The notes under the pieces are model-generated. The model did no database searches and had not been told where the DNA came from. It saw only the letters and a list, made by a program, of their open reading frames with translations. A DNA stretch of 64,000 nt from Candidatus Aldehydirespirator sp. (lineage in GTDB: Bacteria; Actinomycetota; Acidimicrobiia; Acidimicrobiales; Aldehydirespiratoraceae): assembly GCA_965220345.1 (NCBI GenBank), contig OZ244822.1, forward strand, positions 1,865,245 through 1,929,244, written 5' to 3'. The stretch's first letter is position 1. Each line of letters opens with the position of its first letter. This document shows positions 56,801 to 64,000 of this stretch, piece after piece. The translations under genes and the position numbers were made by a program.

Positions 56801-57099
56801 GTCCGTTTTATCTTGTTCGTTTCAAGCTCAACAAGCCTGCTAGTGAGCGGGTGACGGTTAAGTACACTCCTGGGATACTTGGTACCGGTGCTGGGTATGC
56901 GACAGCAGGCGAGGATTTCGTGGTGCGGACTTCGTCTATTAGTTTCAGACCGGGTGTGACTTCCAATATTGGTTTGATTTACGCGTTGAATGATCGCGTC
57001 AAAGAGCCTGATGAAACGTTCACGATCGTGTTATCAGAACCCCAAGGCGCACAAATCGCTGACAGTCAACCCGTCTTAACCATCAAAGACAACGACTAA
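53812..57099 (+). CDS. large secreted/surface protein with three C-terminal Calx-beta-type domains
   Basis: Hydrophobic N-terminus VVVLLVAVLLVAGLGVV..VVA|QS. Two near-duplicate domains precede a canonical Calx-beta domain (YATAGEDFV...DRVKEPDETFTIVL). Poly-Q and P/T linkers. T/G-rich codon usage unlike neighbouring genes. Confidence 0.8.
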   Translation: MVVLLVAVLLVAGLGVVDSGRVVAQSTPPAAVSVPVVNADGTVTVPFRWSLNPAGSRAGDKFRLFFVTSTVRDAQATDIATYNSFVQDRAAAGHRAIRGHSETFRVVGSTSSVDARVNAKLGSSDVVAPIYWLDGSRLARNYGNTAGEGFWSPSLEVSGVDAVRDERGRLSSRSSLAGTKFMSAGALVWTGSNADGTKCSDCALGDSGTVSVAEYDALSVVGTVLNASNDTELPFYGISPVYVIAANAYDCDDGDGDATTLRLFETAVADSYCDFVAPAGTVWRSVDSVTVTKLELAPEVAPEAVFGDPRVVTADMDITDTALHDERIFHDKTFFADRTGDPPAPGSPPSRDYVAYFNQNAASNTVGGYRVIDMLVATLDSGGRPTSNVDAALMKKLADSLVTVDLASFDGETGNETASLRFRDGPLCASAHQLGEVRAVAARDAVVDDPNTPRDETRPAVEAVAHEPGLFPYGVFGYFWGKYPGSGVEGRTAACVQFEVEVTLRPADDSTPKKIKVRVKDNQNGRHSVFSEEYPKHTVQQQETSSSDAVSAQLLADVKAYAAEAFHGSEHVSRWRRVLVAFGESVSGFTGTPMTASEAQTYADKGWSRWDPVVTALTALEAQASTDTTSSDQTDTTETESETSESGYVVPASLVANVQGYAAETGNGAAHVNRWKRVLLAFGESVPGFTGSSMTVSEAQQNAQTFWSVRWDPVVTALKALEANQQQQQSQQQQQVQPPPPTTTTTLPPPPPVPEVSITAGSTVTEGSNATFTLSASPVPSAALQVNVNVASSGDYGVTAGSQTVSIPTSGSATFTVATSGDSTDEPDGSVTVTLATGSGYDLDSSTSSATVAIADDDDPLPLLTPEVSITAGSTVTEGSNATFTLAASPVPSASLGVSVNVTSRGSYGVTTGSQTVTIGTSGTTTFTVATTGDSIDEPDGSVTVTLATGSGYDLDSSASAATVAISDDDDPLPPPPPLVDVVTISVQDSIYVEGRSPFYLVRFKLNKPASERVTVKYTPGILGTGAGYATAGEDFVVRTSSISFRPGVTSNIGLIYALNDRVKEPDETFTIVLSEPQGAQIADSQPVLTIKDND
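55465..55983 (+). repeat. two copies (period 300 nt) of a ~72-aa domain of unknown function inside the large protein
   Basis: AQLLADVKAYAAEAFHGSEHVSRWRRVLVAFGESVSGFTGTPMTASEAQ...WDPVVTALTALEAQ compared with ASLVANVQGYAAETGNGAAHVNRWKRVLLAFGESVPGFTGSSMTVSEAQ...WDPVVTALKALEAN. Confidence 0.85.
56071..56733 (+). repeat. tandem 336-nt (112-aa) duplication encoding Calx-beta-like domains
   Basis: Units at 56071-56397 and 56407-56733. The first ~85 nt are nearly identical, including a 48-nt exact run actgctggtagcacggtcactgagggcagcaacgcaacgttcacgctt. Confidence 0.9.
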
Positions 57100-57197
57100 G
57101 CATTCCGTTCTTGATGTAGTTGACCGCATATAGCACGTCAACTACGTCAAAAACAGCCTGAGAGCGGCTTTACATGCGGTAGTGCTGGAGGTGAGGG

Positions 57198-57686
57198 TCA
57201 GTCGAAGGCTTGGTCTAGGGCATCCACCAGAGTGTTCCACGACAATGTGGCGCACTTGATGCGCACTGGGAACTTCACTACGCCGCGCAGCGCCTCTAGG
57301 TCACCGAGTTTCACATCGTCGGGCTCTTCGCCTTCGGTCTCGTCCTCATCAAGGTCATCACCGCTGCCGCCGATGCCGCTGCCGTGGATCGACATCATGT
57401 GCTTGAAAGCTCGCACCAGCTTCTGCGCTTCTACCACACTGCGACCCTTCACCGCCGTGGACATCATCGAAGCCGACGACTGGCTTATTGAGCATCCCTG
57501 ACCACCGGTAGAAACATCGGCGATGACACCGTCTCTTACCTCCACATAGATGATGATCTCATCGCCGCAAAGCGGGTTGAAACCCACTGCCTGCACAGCT
57601 GGCGGCACCTCCAGTTCGCCGCGGTTGCGCGGGTTGCGGTAATGGTCGAGGATGATCTCGCGGTAGAGGTCTTCTAGTCCGGCCAC
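57198..57686 (-). CDS. sufU: SUF-system Fe-S cluster scaffold/sulfur acceptor SufU
   Basis: HYRNPRNRG, NPLCGDEI and GCSISQSSASMM motifs. GTG at 57686 with a GAGGGGA RBS. The track ORF is over-extended into sufS. Confidence 0.88.
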   Translation of the reverse strand: MAGLEDLYREIILDHYRNPRNRGELEVPPAVQAVGFNPLCGDEIIIYVEVRDGVIADVSTGGQGCSISQSSASMMSTAVKGRSVVEAQKLVRAFKHMMSIHGSGIGGSGDDLDEDETEGEEPDDVKLGDLEALRGVVKFPVRIKCATLSWNTLVDALDQAFD

Positions 57687-57705
57687 AGCGCTCCCCTCAG
57701 CTAGC

Positions 57706-58958
<1,253 letters not shown>

Positions 58959-58962
<4 letters not shown>

Positions 58963-59771
58963 GACGTGTGAGCCGTGCCAGCCGCTGCTGGCTGGTGAAG
59001 CTCGTGAAGCTCTTGACGTTCGTAGCGTTCGTAGCCTTCGCGTTCTAGTCGGTCGGCTAGCTCCGGACCGCCGCTGTCGACGATGCGTCCGTCCATCAGC
59101 ACATGCACTCGGTCGGGTTGCAGTCCTGAGGTGAGGATCCGCTGAAAGTGCGTGATTGCCAGCACCCCCAGTTCGGGGCGTTCGGCGCGCACCTCCTGCA
59201 CGCCGCCAGCCACGATGCGCAGCGCGTCAATGTCAAGTCCCGTGTCGGTTTCATCAAGGATCGCCATGTCGGGCTCAAGCACCGCCATCTGCAGAATTTC
59301 GTTGCGTTTCTTTTCGCCGCCAGAGAATTTTTCGTTGAGGTGGCGATCCATCAAAGCGGAATCGATCGAGAGCCGCTCCATCCATTCGACCATGGTCATG
59401 TAAGTCTCAATGGAGCTGACTTCGGTGCTCTTGCGGGCTTGCAGAGCCTGAGTCAAAAAGTTGCGCACCGACACTCCAGGTATCTCTTGGGGATATTGAA
59501 AAGCTAGGAACATGCCCGCCTGGCCACGAACCTCCGGCGGCCAGTCAGTGACATCTTCGCCTTTGAAACGGATCGACCCCTGGGTGACCTCAAACTCGGG
59601 GCTTCCTAGCAGCGCCGCGGCCAAAGTGGACTTGCCCGAGCCGTTGGGCCCCATCAAAGCGTGGGTCTCACCGGCTTCGACCACCAAGTCAACACCGCGC
59701 AGGATCTGCACCTCGCCGTCAGCGGTGCCGACATGCAGACCTTCGATCTCAAAGAGCGGCGCTTCAGGCAC
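58959..59771 (-). CDS. sufC: Fe-S cluster assembly ATPase SufC
   Basis: Walker A GPNGSGKST, signature FSGGEKKRNEILQ and Walker B ILDETDTGLD. A short C-terminal extension is present. Confidence 0.92.
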
Positions 59772-59901
59772 GCAACGAATCCTACGGCGCGCAAAGGCAA
59801 CTACGGCGTGGCCGAGCCTCTTGCTTGCGGTAGCTTGTCAGCAGCATTGGATAAGCCATCGGATTCGTGATTGACTCCGCGTTCGATCTTGGAGGTTTCG
59901 A

Positions 59902-61017
59902 GTGAATTTTACTTTCACAGATGAGCAGGAGCAGCTCAGAGAGTTCGTGCGCGGCTTCTTGGCGGACAAATCGCCCGAATCCGAGGTGCGTCGCCAGATG
60001 GACACCACCGAAGGTTTCGATCCCGAGGTCTGGTCTCAGCTTTGTGAGCAGCTCGGTTTGGCCGCTTTGACGATCCCCGAGGAATACGGCGGCCAGGGTT
60101 TCAGCTGCGTTGAGCAGGTAGTGGCGCTTGAAGAGATGGGCAAGTCGCTACTTTGCGCGCCCTACTTCTCGTCGGTGGTGCTAGCTGCCAACACGTTGCT
60201 GCACAGCGGAGACGAGGAAGCCAAGCAGTCCCATCTGCCTGCCATCGCCTCTGGTGAGACTCGAGCGTCTTTGGCCTTCACCGAGCAGAACGGTCGCTGG
60301 GACGAGTCCGGCATTGCTATGACAGCGGTGCCCGAAGGCGATTCTTGGCACCTAGACGGGGTGAAGATGTATGTGCTTGACGGGCACACCGCCAACCTGA
60401 TACTGGCAGCGGCACGCACTTCCAGCGGTGTGTCGCTGTTTAGCGTGGACGCAGATGCCGAGGGACTCACCCGCAGCGCCTTATCGACCATGGACCAGAC
60501 CCGCAAGCAGGCCAAGCTCACCTTCGACGGGGTGCCCGCAAAGTTGATCGGCACCGAGGGGCAGGGCTGGCCAGTGCTGGAAACTGTGCTTGATTTAGCT
60601 GCAGTGGCTCTGGCGGCCGAGCAGGTCGGTGGTGCCCAGCAGTGCCTGGACATGTCGGTGGACTATGCCAAAGTTCGTGTGCAGTTCGGGCGCCCGATCG
60701 GTTCGTTTCAAGCGATCAAACATAAGTGCGCCGACATGCTCTTGGGGGTCGAGTCCGCCAAATCCGCTGCCTATTACGCGGCTTGGTGTGCTGCTGAGAT
60801 GAACGACGAGTTGCCGCAAGCGGCTTCGCTGGCCAAGAGCTATTGCTCAGAGGCGTATTTCCATGCTGCAGCTGAGAACATACAGATCCACGGCGGCATC
60901 GGCTTCACTTGGGAGCATCCAGCGCATCTGTATTACAAGCGTGCCAAGAGTTCAGAGCTGCTGTTCGGTGATCCCACCTATCACCGTGAACTGCTGGCAC
61001 AACGTATCGGTTTGTGA
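59902..61017 (+). CDS. acyl-CoA dehydrogenase
   Basis: Full-length ACAD pattern (FTDEQEQLREFVRGF...; IHGGIGFTWEHPAHLYYKRAK). Confidence 0.9.
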   Translation: MNFTFTDEQEQLREFVRGFLADKSPESEVRRQMDTTEGFDPEVWSQLCEQLGLAALTIPEEYGGQGFSCVEQVVALEEMGKSLLCAPYFSSVVLAANTLLHSGDEEAKQSHLPAIASGETRASLAFTEQNGRWDESGIAMTAVPEGDSWHLDGVKMYVLDGHTANLILAAARTSSGVSLFSVDADAEGLTRSALSTMDQTRKQAKLTFDGVPAKLIGTEGQGWPVLETVLDLAAVALAAEQVGGAQQCLDMSVDYAKVRVQFGRPIGSFQAIKHKCADMLLGVESAKSAAYYAAWCAAEMNDELPQAASLAKSYCSEAYFHAAAENIQIHGGIGFTWEHPAHLYYKRAKSSELLFGDPTYHRELLAQRIGL

Positions 61018-61050
61018 TCACACGGTTCACTAACCTCAGGGATAACGGGT

Positions 61051-61503
61051 GTGATCTGGCTGTTCGCAGCCGTCGGGTTGATCGCAGTGGTGGCGATCGC
61101 TTTCGTGTCGGTGGGGATCGCTGTCGGCGGCCTTGAAGCCGAAACCGCGCCAGCGGTGTATCGTCATTCCGACGCAGTGGATTTTGTTGCTGAGCAGCTG
61201 CCTATTGAAGTAACCGCCAGAGTCAGCCACAGCGATGTGGGCAAAGTGCTGCGCTGGCACCTTGACTGGTTCTCCGAGGTGGGTCTTGCCACCGACTACG
61301 GCACCGAACTGGGTGACCCGGCGGTTGCCATCGGTGAAGTGGCTGTAGTTGATACTGACGCTGCCTGCGACGCAGTAGTGGCACGCTCGCTTCGGGAGTC
61401 AGGCCCTGAACCAGTGGATGTGGTCTGCATCTTGGAGGCGCAGCTCGCGTATCTGTCACAGATCGGAGCGCTCAGCACCGGCAATCCCCCTCCCGCAACC
61501 TGA
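61051..61503 (+). CDS. hypothetical membrane-anchored protein
   Basis: GTG start and a single N-terminal TM helix (IWLFAAVGLIAVVAIAFVSVGIAV). No family recognised. Confidence 0.4.
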   Translation: MIWLFAAVGLIAVVAIAFVSVGIAVGGLEAETAPAVYRHSDAVDFVAEQLPIEVTARVSHSDVGKVLRWHLDWFSEVGLATDYGTELGDPAVAIGEVAVVDTDAACDAVVARSLRESGPEPVDVVCILEAQLAYLSQIGALSTGNPPPAT

Positions 61504-61526
61504 TGCGATGATGTTATGATGTTGCG

Positions 61527-61748
61527 ATGCGAACAACTTTGGAACTCGACGAAGATGTGCTCGCAGTGGCACGTTCGCTGGCTGTTGAGCGGCGCATGTC
61601 GCTCGGCGCGGCGGTGTCCGAACTGGCCCGCCGCGGCTGGAGGCAGCGTCCCGTAGACACTCGCAGAGCCGTGCCCGGGTTCACGGTCGGGCCCGAGAGC
61701 GGTCCGATCACTGCCGAGATGGTGCGGGCGGCAAGCGAGGAGTGGTGA
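61527..61748 (+). CDS. vapB: type II antitoxin, VapB-like (ribbon-helix-helix type)
   Basis: MRTTLELDEDVLAVARSLAVERRMSLGAAVSELARRG is a typical VapB/DUF2191-type N-terminus. Its stop overlaps a GTG that opens a PIN-like stub. Confidence 0.7.
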   Translation: MRTTLELDEDVLAVARSLAVERRMSLGAAVSELARRGWRQRPVDTRRAVPGFTVGPESGPITAEMVRAASEEW

Positions 61749-61789
61749 CTCCGCTACTTGATGTCAACGTTCTCATCGCATTGGCCTGA
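61745..61789 (+). pseudogene. truncated vapC (PIN-domain toxin) remnant, 14 codons
   Basis: VTPLLDVNVLIALA* gives the canonical PIN N-terminus (LLDxNVLIAL, first catalytic Asp) followed by a premature stop. The GTGA overlap with vapB is as in intact vapBC pairs. Confidence 0.55.
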
Positions 61790-62100
61790 CGGACGCGCTT
61801 GAAATCTGGAGATGCGAAATCTGAGGGTGCTTGGATTGTTGCGCCGAGTGTGGTTAACTGTTGTCACCAAGAGAAAGGAGGTGGTCCAACTGAGTGATAA
61901 ACGCTTTGTGACCTTGGAGGTGGCTGGCCGCTAGCTACGGCAAGCTGGACCGACTGGCGAATCCCCGTCAGCTCCACCCCTGGATTGAGTCGCTGGACTT
62001 GTCACATCTGGCACGACTGCTGCTCTTGTCAGCGCAAAAATTGTTGACAATTTTGCGGTAGTCACAAAGGCTCGCCCGGGATATCCGGCAATAATCTATT

Positions 62101-62133
62101 CAGCGGGGCGAGTTCTTGCAGCTCGCCCCGCTG
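62101..62133. terminator. perfect 12-bp GC-rich hairpin
   Basis: cagcggggcgag ttcttgcag ctcgccccgctg. No clear U-tract on the + strand, and only a modest A/T run on the - strand side. Confidence 0.4.
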
Positions 62134-62137
62134 TCGC

Positions 62138-62215
62138 GTCGCCGGTATGTGTCGCCGGTATGTGCCGCCGGTATGTGTCGCCGGTATGTGCCGCCGGTAT
62201 GTGCCGCCGGTACAT
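62138..62215. repeat. 13-bp tandem repeat x6 (gYcgccggtatgt) upstream of the hydrolase gene
   Basis: Units at 62138, 62151, 62164, 62177, 62190 and 62203. The unit length is not a multiple of 3. Confidence 0.9.
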
Positions 62216-62300
62216 ATCGCCTAGTGGCGCATACTGTGCTGGCGGCTTATTTTGGGATAGCGCGAACCCGCTAGCAGGTAAGGCGACTACCGTGCAAGTA

Positions 62301-63086
62301 ATGGACAGAAGCTTTGTTGTTGACTCCAACGAGCTAACCGCTCATCTCGCTCGCCCGCTGCAAGCACCAGCTCTGCGCCCCGCAGTGGTGATAGTTCACG
62401 GCTTTCCTTCCGAACCCGGCGGAGGCATCAACTCCACCATGACGTTGCCTGCTTTGGCGGATCAGATAGTTCAGGAGACCGGTTTTACCGCTATGGCCTA
62501 CGCCTCCAGAGGAGTGGCCGGTTCACAAGGCGATTTCTCGCTTGACGGCTGGCGGCGGGATCTTGTCGGTGCTATCGACTTCCTTGAGACCGAAGTGGAC
62601 TGCGATGGCATCTGGCTCGTCGGTTTCGGTACCGGCGGCGCTCTGGCCGTGGTGGTAGCCAGCCGTGATCAGCGGGTGCGAGGCGTGGCCGCAATGGCCG
62701 CGCCCGCCGATTTTGAGGACTGGGCACGCAACCCTCGCAAACTGCTGTTGTGGGCGCGAGAAGTCGGTGTAGTGCGCGACCCGGACTTTCCGTCCAGCTT
62801 CGACCGCTGGGCTGCTGAGTTGCGCAGCTTGCGAGCTGTGCAGGCCGCCGAGTCTTTGAGGGACTGCTCGTTGCTGGTGCTGCACGGCAGCGACGACGAA
62901 ACCGTTCCAGTGTTTGATGCGCGTGTCATTGCTGACGCTCACCCGGGTGCCGATCTGCGTATCATCGCTGGAGCTTCGCATCACTTGCGCCATGACCCTC
63001 GTGCCGTGGCGGTGTTACTGGGATGGCTCGAACGTCAACGCCCTTCGTTGCGGGTAGCAGCTAGCTCTGCGGAAGAGTCAACCTGA
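62301..63086 (+). CDS. alpha/beta hydrolase
   Basis: VVIVHGFPSE..., nucleophile-elbow-like GFGTGG, and C-terminal LVLHGSDDETVP...GASHHL. ATG 62301 (or GTG 62292) was preferred. The track start at 62160 lies in the 13-bp repeat. Confidence 0.75.
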   Translation: MDRSFVVDSNELTAHLARPLQAPALRPAVVIVHGFPSEPGGGINSTMTLPALADQIVQETGFTAMAYASRGVAGSQGDFSLDGWRRDLVGAIDFLETEVDCDGIWLVGFGTGGALAVVVASRDQRVRGVAAMAAPADFEDWARNPRKLLLWAREVGVVRDPDFPSSFDRWAAELRSLRAVQAAESLRDCSLLVLHGSDDETVPVFDARVIADAHPGADLRIIAGASHHLRHDPRAVAVLLGWLERQRPSLRVAASSAEEST

Positions 63087-64000
63087 ACTCCGAGCCGAAA
63101 CCTTCACGCGAGGTCACGCTCACGTCACCTCCGTGGTTGAGTGCTACATGGCGCACGATCGACAACCCCAGCCCAGTGCCACCCGTGCTGCGGCTGCGTG
63201 CGCGGTCAGTGCGGTAGAAACGCTCGAAAATACGGCTCTGCTCTGCTGCGGGAATGCCGATGCCTTCGTCGCGTACTGCTACCGTCAAGTTCTGCGGCCC
63301 GGATGTCACTGTCACATCAATTCGGCCTCCAGGTTCGCTGAACTTGACGGCATTGTCGAGCAGGTTGAAGATCGCTGACTCAAGATGGCGTCGTGAGCCG
63401 TTGATCGGCATCAGATCATCAGGAACTGCGGCGGTCACCTTGACCTGTCGCTGTTCGGCGCTCTCGGTGATGCGGTCAACGGCCGCGGCGACAACTTCAG
63501 CGATTTCAAGCGGTGCAGCGTGATGGCCGCTTTCGTCTTCAAGCAGCGAGAGAGTCAGCAGATCTTCGATGGTGTTAGCCACCCGCTGAATCTCAATCTG
63601 CATCCGCGATATGAGCTGTTGCGAAACCTGCGGATCCGAGTCGGTGCTCAGCGTGTCGGCTAGCAGGCTGAGTGCACCTATCGGGGTTTTAAGTTCGTGG
63701 CTGACGTTGGCCACGAAGTCTTTGCGCACCGACTCAATGCGCTGCGATTCGGTGGTGTCACGCACCAGAGCCACCGCGCCAAGCAGTTCACCGCTGTTTT
63801 GTAAGGGGCAGGCCCGCACCTCATAGCTCTTGCGAGGCTCGGCATGTAGTTCGATATTGCTGGTGACTTCTTCACCGTTGTGGGCCCGTTCAAGCAGTTC
63901 CTTTACCGTGGCAGCTACGAGGGCTTCCCCGTGGCGGGCTTGCAGCACCGAGTCAGCCGCCGTGTTGGAGGCCACTATTTTGCCTGAACTGTCACAGACC
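63061..64000 (-). CDS. two-component sensor histidine kinase (partial; N-terminus beyond the window end)
   Basis: HisKA H-box FVANVSHELKTPI, HATPase_c N/G boxes (LLDNAVKFS, DEGIGI, GGTGLGLSIV), and a PAS-like segment upstream. The reading frame stays open to nt 64000. Confidence 0.85.
   Translation of the reverse strand, partial: VCDSSGKIVASNTAADSVLQARHGEALVAATVKELLERAHNGEEVTSNIELHAEPRKSYEVRACPLQNSGELLGAVALVRDTTESQRIESVRKDFVANVSHELKTPIGALSLLADTLSTDSDPQVSQQLISRMQIEIQRVANTIEDLLTLSLLEDESGHHAAPLEIAEVVAAAVDRITESAEQRQVKVTAAVPDDLMPINGSRRHLESAIFNLLDNAVKFSEPGGRIDVTVTSGPQNLTVAVRDEGIGIPAAEQSRIFERFYRTDRARSRSTGGTGLGLSIVRHVALNHGGDVSVTSREGFGSEFRLTLPQS

Noticed and set aside
62160-62300. N-terminal extension MCRRYVSPVCAAGMCRRYIS... 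of the hydrolase ORF.
   Set aside because: It is produced by reading through the 13-bp tandem repeat. The conserved hydrolase fold begins near ATG 62301.

Overview
This is a 64-kb chromosomal window from a moderately high-GC Actinomycetota-type genome. The inference rests on synteny: alr-tsaE-tsaB-tsaD-groES-groEL ... guaB3-guaA matches the mycobacterial Rv3423c-Rv3409 neighbourhood, and a perfect CIRCE operator sits upstream of groES. No tRNA, rRNA, CRISPR array, transposase or integrase was recognised.

The housekeeping backbone comprises: the t6A genes; groESL; guaB3/guaA; cbs plus a cystathionine gamma-synthase/lyase; pcrA/uvrD; glpX; an orphan ProX-like binding protein; enoyl-CoA hydratase; an envelope-glycan cluster (flippase-like/GT2 fusion, polytopic membrane protein, epimerase, FAD oxidoreductase) interleaved with an iron ABC binding protein and permease; bacterioferritin; modABC; mscS; sufCSU; an acyl-CoA dehydrogenase; and a partial histidine kinase.

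Accessory or unusual segments, in order of position:
1. A DUF222/HNH (REP13E12-like) gene with flanking repeats (about 18.8-21.1 kb).
2. A visibly AT-rich islet at about 21.2-22.6 kb. It encodes a secreted protein whose signal peptide carries an in-frame TAA, followed by a lipoprotein, and lies next to an orphan AAA/ORC-like ATPase.
3. The best candidate for a novel system: a stand-alone WXG100 gene plus a 1531-aa FtsK/SpoIIIE (EccC/EssC-like) ATPase at 28.07-32.98 kb. The ATPase carries an FHA domain and a possible split ubiquitin-like N-terminus, and no other type VII secretion components are nearby. An AT-rich, repeat- and palindrome-laden control region lies upstream.
4. A 15-bp motif (TTAGGTATACCTTAC) repeated exactly at two divergent promoters, with a diverged copy at a third. 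Its half-sites match the outer heptamers of the IdeR/DtxR iron box.
5. A roughly 2.3-kb insertion bracketed by a 36-bp duplication of the modC 3' end, carrying a 634-aa polytopic membrane protein.
6. A second AT-richer islet (50.35-52.4 kb) with the same architecture: secreted protein followed by lipoprotein.
7. A 1095-aa Calx-beta surface protein gene with skewed T/G-rich composition. A G10 tract separates its long ORF from a well-placed RBS and ATG in another frame.
8. A vapB antitoxin followed by a 14-codon vapC stub.

Short tandem repeats with 13-18-bp units occur in many intergenic regions. All coordinates come from manual reading. No database search or numerical GC calculation was possible.
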